From: Candidatus Methylomirabilota bacterium
Lineage (GTDB): Bacteria; Acidobacteriota; Thermoanaerobaculia; Thermoanaerobaculales; Sulfomarinibacteraceae
NCBI GenBank assembly: GCA_035464095.1
Contig: DATHSO010000080.1
Location: 4,024-68,023, forward strand
Length of the DNA stretch: 64,000 nt
Reading direction: 5' to 3'
The notes under the pieces: generated by a model
What the model was told of the DNA's origin: nothing
The model's database searches: none
The model's input: only the letters and a program-made list of their open reading frames with translations
Made by a program: the position numbers and the translations under genes
Shown: piece after piece, positions 41,401 through 49,850 of the stretch
How the letters are laid out: every line of letters starts with the position of its first letter
How positions within the stretch are numbered: position 1 is the first letter of the stretch

Positions 41401-41678
41401 TCGACGCCGTCGAGGGCCGCCTCCGCCAGACCCGCCTCATCTCGAGCCAGGACGTTCTGAACTTCCCGCCCCAGCTCGACAACGAGCTCGTCCACCTGCT
41501 CGGGGTGGTCGACTCCGCGGTGGGGCTGCCGACCGAAGGCACGGTGGCCCGCTTCGCCGAGGTCTCCACCGAGGTCGACGACCTCGAAGCCCGGCTCGAC
41601 GAGCTCGTCAGCACCGACGTCGCAGCGCTCGAAGCCAGACTGGACAGGCTCGGCGTCGCGCGAATCGACGCGAAGTAA
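38406..41678 (+). CDS. secreted BNR/Asp-box repeat protein (sortilin/Vps10-like beta-propeller glycoside-hydrolase-like)
   Basis: AAGGAGG lies 6 nt before the ATG at 38406. Signal peptide. More than 10 Asp-box motifs (WKTTDAGLSW, YRSTDAGDSW, FRTIDGGLSW, FKTTDGGNTW, RSDDGGANF, SRDQGLTW, SRDNGATW, SLDDGASW). Confidence 0.8.
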   Translation: MRRSLVTLALVALLVPVIPVAAAEVPEELLDSMSFRLVGPFRGGRVTAVTGVIGDPMAYYMGSTGGGVWKTTDAGLSWRNVSDVVRELEPEDRPRVMGQVDPELAEAGVVRPPVGGLPPAPKVERRAGDVFGSASVGAVAVAPSDSNVVWVGMGSACPRGNISPGDGVYRSTDAGDSWRHAGLAEAGQIGDIAIHPSDPDIVYVAVLGNIFAPSPERGVFRTIDGGLSWAKVLFVSEDAGAVDLAMDPSNPRVLYAATWQARRSPWDMESGGPGSGLFKTTDGGNTWRRLHQGLPEGDLGRIAVAVSGAFPKRVWALVEHEEGGLFRSDNGGASFRLVNANRELRQRAWYYTHIEADPADANTVYALNVAMWRSDDGGANFRPIRTPHGDSHALWINPDDPANMIEGNDGGANVSFDGGRSWSPQSNQPTAELYRVTVDDQQPYWLYSGQQDNTAVAIPSRTAGGGIEREHWYAPAGCESATVAVDPRDPDITYGGCYGGSLSRYDRELGHAQEIMPWPELAVGQQPADLRYRFQWNAPVRISPHDPGVLYHCSNVVHRSRDQGLTWEVASPDLTRDDESKQGFAGGPITRDNTGVEVFGTIFAFEESPHRAGLLWAGSDDGLVHLSRDNGATWENITPSGMPEWGTVNAIELSAHDEGRAFLAVHRYRTGDPRPYVFRTDDLGATWVSLADGGNGIPADHWVRVVREDPERRGLLYAGTEFGLYVSLDDGASWQPLQLDLPVTPITDLAVKRGDLVVATQGRSFWILDDLSPLRQMTPEVEAVGRHLFEPRAAVRWADGGGGWGSSGGDNPPYGAIIHYLLPEGVDDEDAEEVVLEILDASGEVLRTMSSSTPEKRAPSIWRKLFPELAEPALLDAEPGANRWVWNLRLADAELVDEAVVWGSAAGPRVPPGRYRARLTVGEWSETVGFEVAPDPRIPFDPEAAETRSELARGIWSELTRSHRLVARAQGLRERVSAWAERTDDETAATLAEQITEALDAVEGRLRQTRLISSQDVLNFPPQLDNELVHLLGVVDSAVGLPTEGTVARFAEVSTEVDDLEARLDELVSTDVAALEARLDRLGVARIDAK

Positions 41679-41835
41679 TTCTCAATTTTGAATTCTTAAT
41701 TTTTAATTGTCATCTCAATACAATCGTAGATTGTCCGATAATTAAGAATTAAGAATTGAGAATTGAGAATTGAGAATTGAGAATTGAGAATTGAGAATTG
41801 AGAATTAAGAATTAAGAATTAAGAATTGAGAATTC
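41677..41835. repeat. AT-rich island with 13 tandem heptamers (AATTAAG/AATTGAG) and an inverted left arm
   Basis: The heptamer array at 41740-41830 runs 2x AATTAAG, 7x AATTGAG, 3x AATTAAG, 1x AATTGAG. Reverse-complement units (ctcaatt, cttaatt) lie at 41681-41708. It fills the gap between two convergent stop codons. Confidence 0.85.
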
Positions 41836-41836
41836 T

Positions 41837-43192
41837 TCAGTCGAGCGCGACGCGTTCGATAGGGCCGCGCAGGCGGGCGCTGACCCGGCCGAGGAGGATG
41901 AAGCCCACCGCGCCGAGGCCGACCACGAGCCCCCACCACAGGCCCTGGGGGCCGAGGCCGAAGGTGAAGCCGAGCAGCAGGCTGGCCGGCAGGCCGATCA
42001 GCCAGAAGCCGACCAGGTTGATCAGCAACGGCGCGCGGGTGTCCCCGGCGCCGCGGAGCACGCCCGCCGACACCACCTGCAGCCCGTCGAAGACCTGGAA
42101 GAAGCCGGCGATCGGGATGAGTGTTGCCGCCAGAAAGCGAACCTCGTCGACCGAGGTGTAGGCCCGGGCGAGGCCGCCCGGCAGGCCGATGAAGAGCACG
42201 GCGGTCAGGGCCATGAAGCCCGCCCCCAGCAGCAGGCCGGAGGACGCTGCGCGGCGCGCTCCGTCGCTGTTGCCGGAGCCGATGGCGTTGCCGACCCGCA
42301 CCGCGGTCGCCTGGGCGACCCCGAGGGGCACCATGAAGGTCAGCGAAGCCAGGTTGATGGCGACCTGGTGGGCGGCCATGACCGTGGTTCCCATGCCGCC
42401 CATGAGCAGGGCGATCACCGTGAAGGCGACGATCTCGAGCTGCAGCTGGAAGCCGATGGGGACGCCGAGTCTCAGGGTGCGCAGCAGAGGCTGCAACCGA
42501 AAGGCCTCGCGGTCGAAGCGCAGCAGCGGCCACAGGTCCCAGCGGTCGACCACCAGCAGGATGACGAACAGCAGGGTGCGGGCGATGGTCGTTGCCCAGG
42601 CCGAGCCCAGGGGGCCGAGCTGGGGGATCGGACCGGCGCCGAACACGAGCACCCAGTCGGCCACGAGGTTGAAGACGTTGACGGCGATGACGGTTGCGAC
42701 GATCGGGCGCAGCCGGCCCATGGCCTGGAGGGTGAGGCGCAGCACGACCCAGCAGTAGAAGGGCAGCAGGCCGGGGATCGAGATGTGGGCATAGGCCGCC
42801 GCCAGGGGCACGATCTCGGGCGGCTGGCCGAGCAGGGACAGGATCGGCCCGATCGGCACCAGAATCACCGCGCTGGGGATCATGAGCGCGGCGGAGATCG
42901 CGAAGCCGCGCTGCACCGAACGGCGGAAGGAGGTTTGGTCGCGCGCCCCAAGCGCCTGGTTGAGGAGCGGGTCGAGGCCGAGCAGGACGCCGACCCCGAA
43001 CGACGACACCGTGATGACCGCGATGTGGCCCAGGGCCACCGCCGCCAGGGCCTGGGACGACAGCCGGCCCACCACCATGGTGTCGACGACCCCGAAGAGC
43101 ATCATCCCGACCTGCACGATCACCACCGGCACCGCGAGCCGGATCATGGCCTCCAGGTCGGTTCGTTGCGGTTTCTCGAAGGGTCGGGTCAC
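41837..43192 (-). CDS. MATE-family efflux transporter
   Basis: 12-helix hydrophobic profile. N-terminal MIRLAVPVVIVQVGMMLFGVVDTMVVGRL, typical of NorM/DinF. Start GTG at 43192 (GGAG upstream) or ATG at 43147. Confidence 0.8.
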   Translation of the reverse strand: MTRPFEKPQRTDLEAMIRLAVPVVIVQVGMMLFGVVDTMVVGRLSSQALAAVALGHIAVITVSSFGVGVLLGLDPLLNQALGARDQTSFRRSVQRGFAISAALMIPSAVILVPIGPILSLLGQPPEIVPLAAAYAHISIPGLLPFYCWVVLRLTLQAMGRLRPIVATVIAVNVFNLVADWVLVFGAGPIPQLGPLGSAWATTIARTLLFVILLVVDRWDLWPLLRFDREAFRLQPLLRTLRLGVPIGFQLQLEIVAFTVIALLMGGMGTTVMAAHQVAINLASLTFMVPLGVAQATAVRVGNAIGSGNSDGARRAASSGLLLGAGFMALTAVLFIGLPGGLARAYTSVDEVRFLAATLIPIAGFFQVFDGLQVVSAGVLRGAGDTRAPLLINLVGFWLIGLPASLLLGFTFGLGPQGLWWGLVVGLGAVGFILLGRVSARLRGPIERVALD

Positions 43193-43232
43193 GGTCGCTC
43201 CGGCCGGGGAGTCTAGCAGGTGCTGGGGGCGA

Positions 43233-43885
43233 GGCCGTGCGTCCCGGGGCACCGGCCTTCTGGGCCGCCTTTGGCGTCCCAGCGTCGATGAGCCGGCGCG
43301 GTCGCGCGGAGGAGACGGGGAAAGCTGCGACCGCGCCGTCTCATCGAGCGGCGGCCTGCCTCGTTGCCGGAAAGGGAGCTTCCCGAGACGCGATGGGAGC
43401 GGTGCCAGGCACCCTTTCGTCGGACGAAAGGAGAGCCAGGCACCGGGCCCGCGCTGTCTCGAGGCGAAGGATGCCGGCACAATGGCGTACCCGGCACGTC
43501 CCGGTGGAGGCGCCCCACCCGCGCCTCCCGGAGGCGCGCTGATCGCTGCCGCTGACCCTGCCGCTGCCGCTGCCGCTGGGCGCGTGGCCGTGCGTCCCGG
43601 AGCACCGGCCTTCTGGGCCGCCTTTGGCGTCCCAGCGTCGATGAGCCGGCGCGGTCGCGCGAAGGTGGCGGGGAGGGCTGCGACCGCGCCGTCGTGGCGA
43701 GCGGCGGCCTCCCCCGTTGCGGGAGCGGATGCTCCGGAGCGCGCTTCCCGTGGATTGCCAGGTGCGGCATTGTGCGGAGCGCGCTCTGCTCGGGAGGGTG
43801 GAGCCGGCACAATGCCGAACCTGGCACGTCCCGGGGGAGGCGCACTGCCCGCGCGTTCCGGAGGCGCGGTTCGCTGCCGCTGACA
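43233..43885. repeat. two tandem ~350-bp composite repeat units rich in hairpins
   Basis: Units start at 43233 and 43586. The first ~77 nt have one mismatch. Each contains ggcgcggtcgc...gcgaccgcgcc (11-bp stem), a GCCAGGT...ACCTGGCAC-type palindrome (43756-43827 in unit 2), and ends with (GCTGCC)n hexamers. Confidence 0.75.
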
Positions 43886-43931
43886 TCGGACACGGACGCG
43901 GAAGTGGGCGAAGACGAGGTAGAATCACGGG

Positions 43932-44738
43932 ATGTTCCTCTACCGGGAAGACGACGCCGGCAGGACCCTGGCGATCTCGCAGGTGTCGCACGCTTGGTTC
44001 GCCTGGCAGCTCGCCGAGCACTGGGGCAACCGCCGCTTCAACCGCCCGCTGCCGCGGGCCGAGGTGCTCGCCGCGGTGATGCTCCACGACTCGGGCTGGA
44101 CCGAGTACGACGCAGCCCCCGGGATCGACGACCGCGGCCGGCCCCGCACCTTCGACCGGATGCCGGTGGAGGACCATCTCGAGATCTGGCGGAGGAGCGT
44201 CGACCGGGCGGCGATGCACAGCCGCTACGCGGCGTTCCTGGTCGCCGGGCACTTCGCCGAGATGGCCGAGGTCAAGAGCGCCGACCTGCTCGAGCGTGGG
44301 CAGACCGCGTCGGCCCGCCTCGTCGAGAGCTTCCGTGCCGAGATGGAACGCCGCACCTCGGCCTGGCGGGAGTCACTGGCCGCCGACGCCCGCTACCAGG
44401 GCTGTCTGGAGGGAACGCGCCTGCGGTCCAACGCCGATCTGCTGTCCCTGGCCGACAAGATCTCGGTCTACCTGTGCGCCTGCCTGGGCTCGGACTTCGA
44501 GGTCGTGGCGCCCACCAGCGACGGCGGCATCGAGGCGGTCCGGGTCACCGCCCTCGACCCGACGCACTGGCGCCTCGACCCCTGGCCCATGGAGGGCGAC
44601 CGGGTACGTCTGCAGTGCGAGGGACGGATGCTCCCCTCGACCTCCTTCGGGTCCGCCGACGAGCTCCGGGCGGTGCTGCGTCGCGCCCCGGTGGAGCGCC
44701 TCGGCTTCACGCTCCTTAGGGCCTCGGCGGTCGGTTGA
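43932..44738 (+). CDS. hypothetical protein, DUF3891-like (possible HD-related)
   Basis: 268 aa. N-terminal ISQVSHAWFAWQLAEHWGN....AVMLHDSGW pattern. Family name is from memory and uncertain. Confidence 0.45.
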   Translation: MFLYREDDAGRTLAISQVSHAWFAWQLAEHWGNRRFNRPLPRAEVLAAVMLHDSGWTEYDAAPGIDDRGRPRTFDRMPVEDHLEIWRRSVDRAAMHSRYAAFLVAGHFAEMAEVKSADLLERGQTASARLVESFRAEMERRTSAWRESLAADARYQGCLEGTRLRSNADLLSLADKISVYLCACLGSDFEVVAPTSDGGIEAVRVTALDPTHWRLDPWPMEGDRVRLQCEGRMLPSTSFGSADELRAVLRRAPVERLGFTLLRASAVG

Positions 44739-44780
44739 CAATCACCCGCCGAGGGCTACAATACGCTCTTGCCACCGTGC

Positions 44781-44855
44781 TCCGCAGTAGCTCAATGGTA
44801 GAGCGGGTGGCTGTTAACCACTAGGTTGGGGGTTCAAATCCCTCCTGCGGAGCCA
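44781..44855 (+). tRNA. tRNA-Asn (anticodon GUU), CCA encoded
   Basis: Cloverleaf folded by hand. Acceptor UCCGCAG/CUGCGGA, D stem GCUC/GAGC, anticodon stem GGUGG/CCACU with loop CUGUUAA, T arm GGGGG-UUCAAAU-CCCUC, discriminator G, then CCA. Confidence 0.9.
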
Positions 44856-44860
44856 AGCTG

Positions 44861-44908
44861 ATTCCCACGACGAGGCCCGCGCGACCGCGCGGGCCTCGTC
44901 GTGGGAAT
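44861..44908 (+). terminator. perfect 23-bp-stem hairpin immediately after tRNA-Asn
   Basis: attcccacgacgaggcccgcgcg-ac-cgcgcgggcctcgtcgtgggaat. No clear U-tract (followed by tgtgc). Confidence 0.45.
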
Positions 44909-44937
44909 TGTGCTACCGTCGCCCCCCGGAGGACCGC

Positions 44938-45879
44938 ATGCCTGACAGACAGCGAGCGTTGGTGACCGGTGGGGCGGGGTTTCTGGGCTCGCACCTGTGC
45001 GATCGGCTGCTCGCCGAGGGCTTCGAGGTGGTCTGCATGGACAACCTCATCACCGGCAGCCTCGCCAACATCGAGCACCTGTTCGGGCGGGACGGATTCA
45101 TCTTCGTCGACCACGACGTCACGAACTTCATCCACGTGCCGGGGCGGCTCGACGTCGTGCTGCACTTCGCGTCGCCGGCGTCGCCCATCGACTACCTCAA
45201 GCTCCCGATCCAGACCCTCAAGGTCGGCTCCCTGGGCACCCACAAGGCCCTCGGGCTGGCCAAGTCGAAGAACGCGCGCTTCCTCCTCGCCTCGACCTCG
45301 GAGTGCTACGGCGACCCCCTGGTCCACCCCCAGCCGGAGAGCTACTGGGGCAACGTCAACCCGGTGGGACCGCGGGGGGTCTACGACGAGGCCAAGCGCT
45401 TCGCCGAGGCCATCACCATGGCCTACCACCGCCACCACGGTCTCGACACCCGGATCGTCAGGATCTTCAACACCTACGGGCCCCGGATGCGGGCCGGCGA
45501 CGGCCGGGTGGTGCCGGCCTTCATCTGCCAGGCCCTGGCCGGCGAGCCGTTGACGGTCTTCGGCGACGGCTCCCAGACCCGCTCCTTCTGCTACGTGGAC
45601 GACCTCATCGAGGGCATCTGGCGGCTCCTCAACTCGGACCACGTGGAGCCGGTCAACATCGGCAACCCGTCGGAGATGACGGTCCTCCAGTTCGCCCACG
45701 AGATCATCCGGCTCACCGGCTCGGCCTCGGAGCTGGTCTTCCGCGACCTGCCGGTCAACGACCCCAAGGTCCGCCAGCCCGACATCTCGCTGGCCCGCAC
45801 CATCCTCGATTGGGAGCCCACGGTCGCCCTCGAGGACGGGCTCGCGACGACCATCGAGTTCTTCGCCGACCGGCAGTAG
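44938..45879 (+). CDS. UDP-glucuronate decarboxylase (UDP-xylose synthase), extended SDR
   Basis: [33 protein letters not shown] catalytic motif. ATG at 44938 behind GGAGGA. Confidence 0.85.
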   Translation: MPDRQRALVTGGAGFLGSHLCDRLLAEGFEVVCMDNLITGSLANIEHLFGRDGFIFVDHDVTNFIHVPGRLDVVLHFASPASPIDYLKLPIQTLKVGSLGTHKALGLAKSKNARFLLASTSECYGDPLVHPQPESYWGNVNPVGPRGVYDEAKRFAEAITMAYHRHHGLDTRIVRIFNTYGPRMRAGDGRVVPAFICQALAGEPLTVFGDGSQTRSFCYVDDLIEGIWRLLNSDHVEPVNIGNPSEMTVLQFAHEIIRLTGSASELVFRDLPVNDPKVRQPDISLARTILDWEPTVALEDGLATTIEFFADRQ

Positions 45880-45891
45880 CCGAAGGCCCGC

Positions 45892-48279
45892 CTACCGCTC
45901 CCTCAACGCCAGCTCCAGCACCTCGTCGGCGCGGGCGACGGCGTGGACCCTGAGTCGACGCCGGGATTTTGGCGGCAGCTCGTCGAGGTCACGCTCGTTG
46001 GCCGCCGGCAGGACGACGCGCTGGATCCCCGCGCGCAGCGCCGCGAGCACCTTCTCCTTGACGCCCCCCACCGGGAGCACGTCGCCGCGCAGGGTGAGCT
46101 CGCCGGTCATGGCCAGGTCGTAGCGGACCGGGCGCCCGGTGGCGACCGAGACGATGGCGGTGAGCAGGGTGATCCCGGCCGAGGGGCCGTCCTTCGGGAT
46201 CCCGCCCGCGGGGACGTGGAGGTGGAGCTCGTGGCCGTCGAACCAGCCGCCGGGGATGCCGAAGCGGTCGCCGTTGGCGCGCGCGAAGGTGACGGCGGCG
46301 CTGGCCGACTCTTTCATCACCTCGCCCAGGGACCCGGTGAGCCGGAGCTCGCCCCGGGTCGAGGCCGAGGCGGCGGCCTCGACCAGCAGGACGTCGCCGC
46401 CGGCGGCGGTGGTGGCGAGCCCGGTCGCGACCCCGACCCGGTCCTCGGCGAGGCGGTCGTCGGCGAGGTGGGGCCTCGGGCCCAGGAGCCGGGCCACCAC
46501 CGCCGGGGAGACGCGCCGCGGGTGCCGCCGGCCCTCGGCGACGAGCACCGCGACCTTGCGGCAGACGGCGCCGATCCTGCGCTCCAGGTTGCGAACCCCG
46601 GCCTCCCGGGTGTAGCCCGCAACCAGCTCGTGCAGGGCCTCCGGAGTGAAGCGCAGCCCGGTCCCGGCGACGCCGTTGTTTTCGAGCTGCCGCGGCACCA
46701 GGTGGCGGCGGCCGATCTCGACCTTCTCGTGCTCGCTGTAGCCCGGAAGCCGGATCACCTCCATGCGGTCGAGGAAAGCCGGCTGGATGGTGTCGGTGAC
46801 GTTGGCGGTGGTGATGAACAGCACCCGGGACAGGTCGAGGTCGACCCCCAGGTAGTGGTCGCGGAAGGCGTGGTTCTGCTCCGGGTCGAGGACCTCGAGC
46901 AGGGCCGACGACGGGTCGCCCCGGAAGTCGGCGCCGACCTTGTCGACCTCGTCGAGCATGAACACCGGGTTGAGGCTCCCGGCCTGCTGCAGGCTCTGGA
47001 CGACCCGGCCCGGCATGGCGCCGACGTAGGTCCGTCGGTGGCCGCGGATCTCGGCCTCGTCCCGGACCCCGCCCAGCGAGGTGCGGACGAAGCTCCGGCC
47101 GAGGGCGCGGGCGATGGAGCGGCCGAGCGAGGTCTTGCCGACCCCCGGCGGGCCGACGAAACACAGGATCGGCCCCCGGCTTTCCGGCTGCAGCTTGCGC
47201 ACCGCCAGGAACTCGACGATCCGCTCCTTGACCCGTTCGAGGTCGTAGTGGTCCTCGTCTAGGATCCGCCGCGCCGCCGTGATGTCGAGGCTGTCCTCGG
47301 TGAGGGTGCGCCACGGCAGCGAGGTCATCCAGTCGAGCCAGGTCCGGACCACCGAGCTCTCGGCCGAGTCCGGGTGCATGGTGGCGAGCCGGCGAAGCTG
47401 GGTGTCGAGCTCGGCGCGGGCGGCCTCGGGAAGGCCGGCCCGGTCGGCGCGCTCGCGGTACTCCGCGACCTCGCGCTCCACGTCGTCGATCTCCCCTAGC
47501 TCGCTCTGGATGGTCTTGAGCTGCTGGCGAAGGATGTACTCGCGCTGGCCCCGGTCCATCTCGCCCCGCACCCTGGCCGAGATCCGCTCCTGGACCTCGA
47601 GCAGGGCGACCTCGCGCTCGAGCAGCTCGTGGACCCGCTCGAGCCGGGACTCCAGGGCGTCGAGCTCGAGCAGCTGCTGGGCGTCGTCCACCGCCAGGCC
47701 GAGGTTCGCCGCCACCAGGTCGGCGAGCCGGACCGGGTCGTCGAGGTCGGCGGCGATCACCATGATCTCCGGCGAGATGCCCTTGCCCATGGCCTGGACC
47801 TGGTCGAGCTTCTGGCGAATGGTCCGCATCGAGGCCTCGAGCTCGAGGGCTGGCAGGGCGGCTCGAGGCTCCGGAAGGAGCCGGATGCGGGCCGCGAAGC
47901 CGGGCTCGCTGGCGGTGAAGTAGTCGACCCGGGCCCTCGCCAGGCCCTGGACCAGGACCCGCTGGCTACCGTCGGGCAGCTTGACGACGCGCATCAGGGT
48001 GCCCACGCAGCCGGTGGTGTGGAGATCGTCGGGGCCGGGGCTGTCGATGCGACCGTCGCGCTGGGCGAGCAGCAGCACCATCCGGTCGGCGGCGAGGGCC
48101 TCCTCGAGGGCGGCCGCGGAGAGGTCCCGCGCCACCGACAGGGGCAGGATCGAGTACGGGAAGAGGACGGCGTCGCGCAGGGGCAGCACCGGGAGCTCGT
48201 CGGCGATGTGCACGACGTCGCCGACCTCGATCCCGCCCTCGCCCGACCACCCGTGGCCGCCGTCGCGATCGGCGGTCAT
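45892..48279 (-). CDS. lon: ATP-dependent Lon protease
   Basis: ORF trimmed to the ATG at 48279. [17 protein letters not shown]-domain. GPPGVGKTS Walker A. Catalytic DGPSAG. Overlaps the nrdR stop (ATGA). Confidence 0.9.
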   Translation of the reverse strand: MTADRDGGHGWSGEGGIEVGDVVHIADELPVLPLRDAVLFPYSILPLSVARDLSAAALEEALAADRMVLLLAQRDGRIDSPGPDDLHTTGCVGTLMRVVKLPDGSQRVLVQGLARARVDYFTASEPGFAARIRLLPEPRAALPALELEASMRTIRQKLDQVQAMGKGISPEIMVIAADLDDPVRLADLVAANLGLAVDDAQQLLELDALESRLERVHELLEREVALLEVQERISARVRGEMDRGQREYILRQQLKTIQSELGEIDDVEREVAEYRERADRAGLPEAARAELDTQLRRLATMHPDSAESSVVRTWLDWMTSLPWRTLTEDSLDITAARRILDEDHYDLERVKERIVEFLAVRKLQPESRGPILCFVGPPGVGKTSLGRSIARALGRSFVRTSLGGVRDEAEIRGHRRTYVGAMPGRVVQSLQQAGSLNPVFMLDEVDKVGADFRGDPSSALLEVLDPEQNHAFRDHYLGVDLDLSRVLFITTANVTDTIQPAFLDRMEVIRLPGYSEHEKVEIGRRHLVPRQLENNGVAGTGLRFTPEALHELVAGYTREAGVRNLERRIGAVCRKVAVLVAEGRRHPRRVSPAVVARLLGPRPHLADDRLAEDRVGVATGLATTAAGGDVLLVEAAASASTRGELRLTGSLGEVMKESASAAVTFARANGDRFGIPGGWFDGHELHLHVPAGGIPKDGPSAGITLLTAIVSVATGRPVRYDLAMTGELTLRGDVLPVGGVKEKVLAALRAGIQRVVLPAANERDLDELPPKSRRRLRVHAVARADEVLELALRER

Positions 48280-48737
48280 GAGTCCCGGGTCAGGAGGAGG
48301 CTCTTGAGCTCCTCCATGAACTGGTTGACGTCCTCGAAACGGCGGTAGACGCTGGCGAAGCGCACGTAGGCGACCTGGTCGAGGTCGCGCAGCCGGTCGA
48401 TGACCATGTTGCCGATCTCCTGGCTCGACATCTCCCGAACCTCGCAGGAGGCGATGGCGGATTCGACCGCGTCCACCAGGACGACCAGGTCGCGGCGGGG
48501 CACCGGTCGCTTCTCGCAGGCCCGGAGCAGGCCGTTGAGGAGCTTCTCGCGGTCGAAGCTCTCGCGGCGGCCGTCGCGCTTGACCACCGTCGCCGGGAGC
48601 TCGTCCACCCGCTCGTAGGTGGTGAAGCGGCGGCCGCAGGAGCTGCACTCCCGGCGACGCCGGGTCTCGGCGCCGTCCCGGGCCTCGCGGGAGTCGACGA
48701 CCCGGCTCGACGGGTGGCCGCAGAAGGGACAGATCAT
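48276..48737 (-). CDS. nrdR: transcriptional repressor NrdR
   Basis: MICPFCGHPSSRVVDSR...RRRECSSCGRRFTTYE zinc ribbon plus ATP-cone. It is the C-terminal part of a spurious 1428-aa track ORF. Confidence 0.9.
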   Translation of the reverse strand: MICPFCGHPSSRVVDSREARDGAETRRRRECSSCGRRFTTYERVDELPATVVKRDGRRESFDREKLLNGLLRACEKRPVPRRDLVVLVDAVESAIASCEVREMSSQEIGNMVIDRLRDLDQVAYVRFASVYRRFEDVNQFMEELKSLLLTRDS

Positions 48738-49768
48738 GAGGCCGCCTCCTCGGAGGCCATGTCGCGGACCTCGGTGACGCGCATCCCGAGCAGGGGCAGG
48801 CAGAGCAGGCCGATGATCGCGATCGGGACGAAGCAGATGGCGTGGTAGACGATGGCGACGGCGGTGGCCAGGTTGAGCTCGACGCCGAAGAAGGTGGTCA
48901 GGCCGACCTGGGTCGCCTTGTGGAAGCCGCCGACCCCCCCGGGGGTGGGGATGGCGAGCCCGATGACCGCCAGGGTCACGATCAGGAAGGCGGCCCGCAG
49001 CGGCAGGTCGAGGTCGAAGGCGAGCAGGGTCACCCTGACCTGCCAGAAGATGACGTACCACAGGACGAAGGAAGAGGTCATGGTGACGAGCAGGTCGCGG
49101 GGCCGCTGGAGCACCCGAAGCCCGTCCAGAAAGTGCCCGAGGAAGTTGGCCACGGGCCCGCGCCAGCTCGGCTTGAGGCGGGCCAGGGGCCGGGTGACCA
49201 GGTCCACGAAGCGGTCCTGGAAGCGGAACAGGCCGAGCAGCACCACGGTGCCGGCCACGAGGCCGACCCCGACCGCAAAGCCGGACACCCGCAGCAGCCG
49301 GAGGTTGCCGGCGGCCGACGCGTCGAGCTCGGCCATGGACGGAGGCCAGATCAGGAAGACCAGAAAGAAGAGCACCACCGTCCACAGGTCGAAGACCCGC
49401 TCCGTGAGGATCGAGGCGAGACCGGCGGAGACCGGAAACCGGTCGCGCTTGGCCAGGATGACCGGGCGGATGATGTCGCCCATGCGGGCCGGCAGCAGGG
49501 CCATGGCGGCGTAGCCCACCGCGGTCGCGAGCAGCGCGCTCGAGTGGCGCACCCGGGCCACCGGCCGCAGGATCAGGATCCAGCGCAGCGCCCGCGCCCA
49601 GTACGAAGCCAGGGCCAGGACGGCGGCGAGGGCGACCAGCCACGGGTCGGCCCCGCGCAGGCCGTCGAGGGTCCGCTCGAGGTCGACGTTCCACAGGAAC
49701 ACGGCGAGCAGGGCCACCATGAGGACCAGCGACACGACGATGCGGAGGGTCTGACGGCTCCCGGGCAC
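48734..49768 (-). CDS. UPF0104 / lysylphosphatidylglycerol-synthase-TM-region family membrane protein
   Basis: 344 aa, ~8 helices. N-terminal LVLMVALLAVFLWNVDL...YWARALRW pattern. Confidence 0.65.
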   Translation of the reverse strand: MPGSRQTLRIVVSLVLMVALLAVFLWNVDLERTLDGLRGADPWLVALAAVLALASYWARALRWILILRPVARVRHSSALLATAVGYAAMALLPARMGDIIRPVILAKRDRFPVSAGLASILTERVFDLWTVVLFFLVFLIWPPSMAELDASAAGNLRLLRVSGFAVGVGLVAGTVVLLGLFRFQDRFVDLVTRPLARLKPSWRGPVANFLGHFLDGLRVLQRPRDLLVTMTSSFVLWYVIFWQVRVTLLAFDLDLPLRAAFLIVTLAVIGLAIPTPGGVGGFHKATQVGLTTFFGVELNLATAVAIVYHAICFVPIAIIGLLCLPLLGMRVTEVRDMASEEAAS

Positions 49769-49850
49769 GGTCCCCAGGGTAGTATGGTGGTGCGGCGTTC
49801 ACAACAGCCGGCGACGGCGGTGAGGGGCGCCGGGAGGGTGGTGGTCGACA

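Noticed and set aside
38172-41495. 1107-aa minus-strand ORF opposite the BNR-repeat gene
   Set aside because: Shadow frame. The plus-strand ORF carries more than 10 Asp-box motifs, a signal peptide and an AAGGAGG RBS. The HCHCHCHC tail of the minus ORF is just the hexamer microsatellite.
41740-41830. Heptamer and hexamer arrays (also 20342-20376, 38177-38206, 43546-43577) considered as CRISPR arrays
   Set aside because: The units are 6-7 nt and directly abutting, with no spacers, and no cas genes are in the window. These are microsatellites, not CRISPR.
43213-44252. ORFs of 226-333 aa on both strands spanning the tandem repeat region (43213..43893, 43341..44252, 42882..43883)
   Set aside because: They read through tandem, hairpin-rich repeats, are Arg/Pro/Gly/Ala-rich on both strands, duplicate each other's peptides and lack RBSs. 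I treat them as non-coding repeat DNA.
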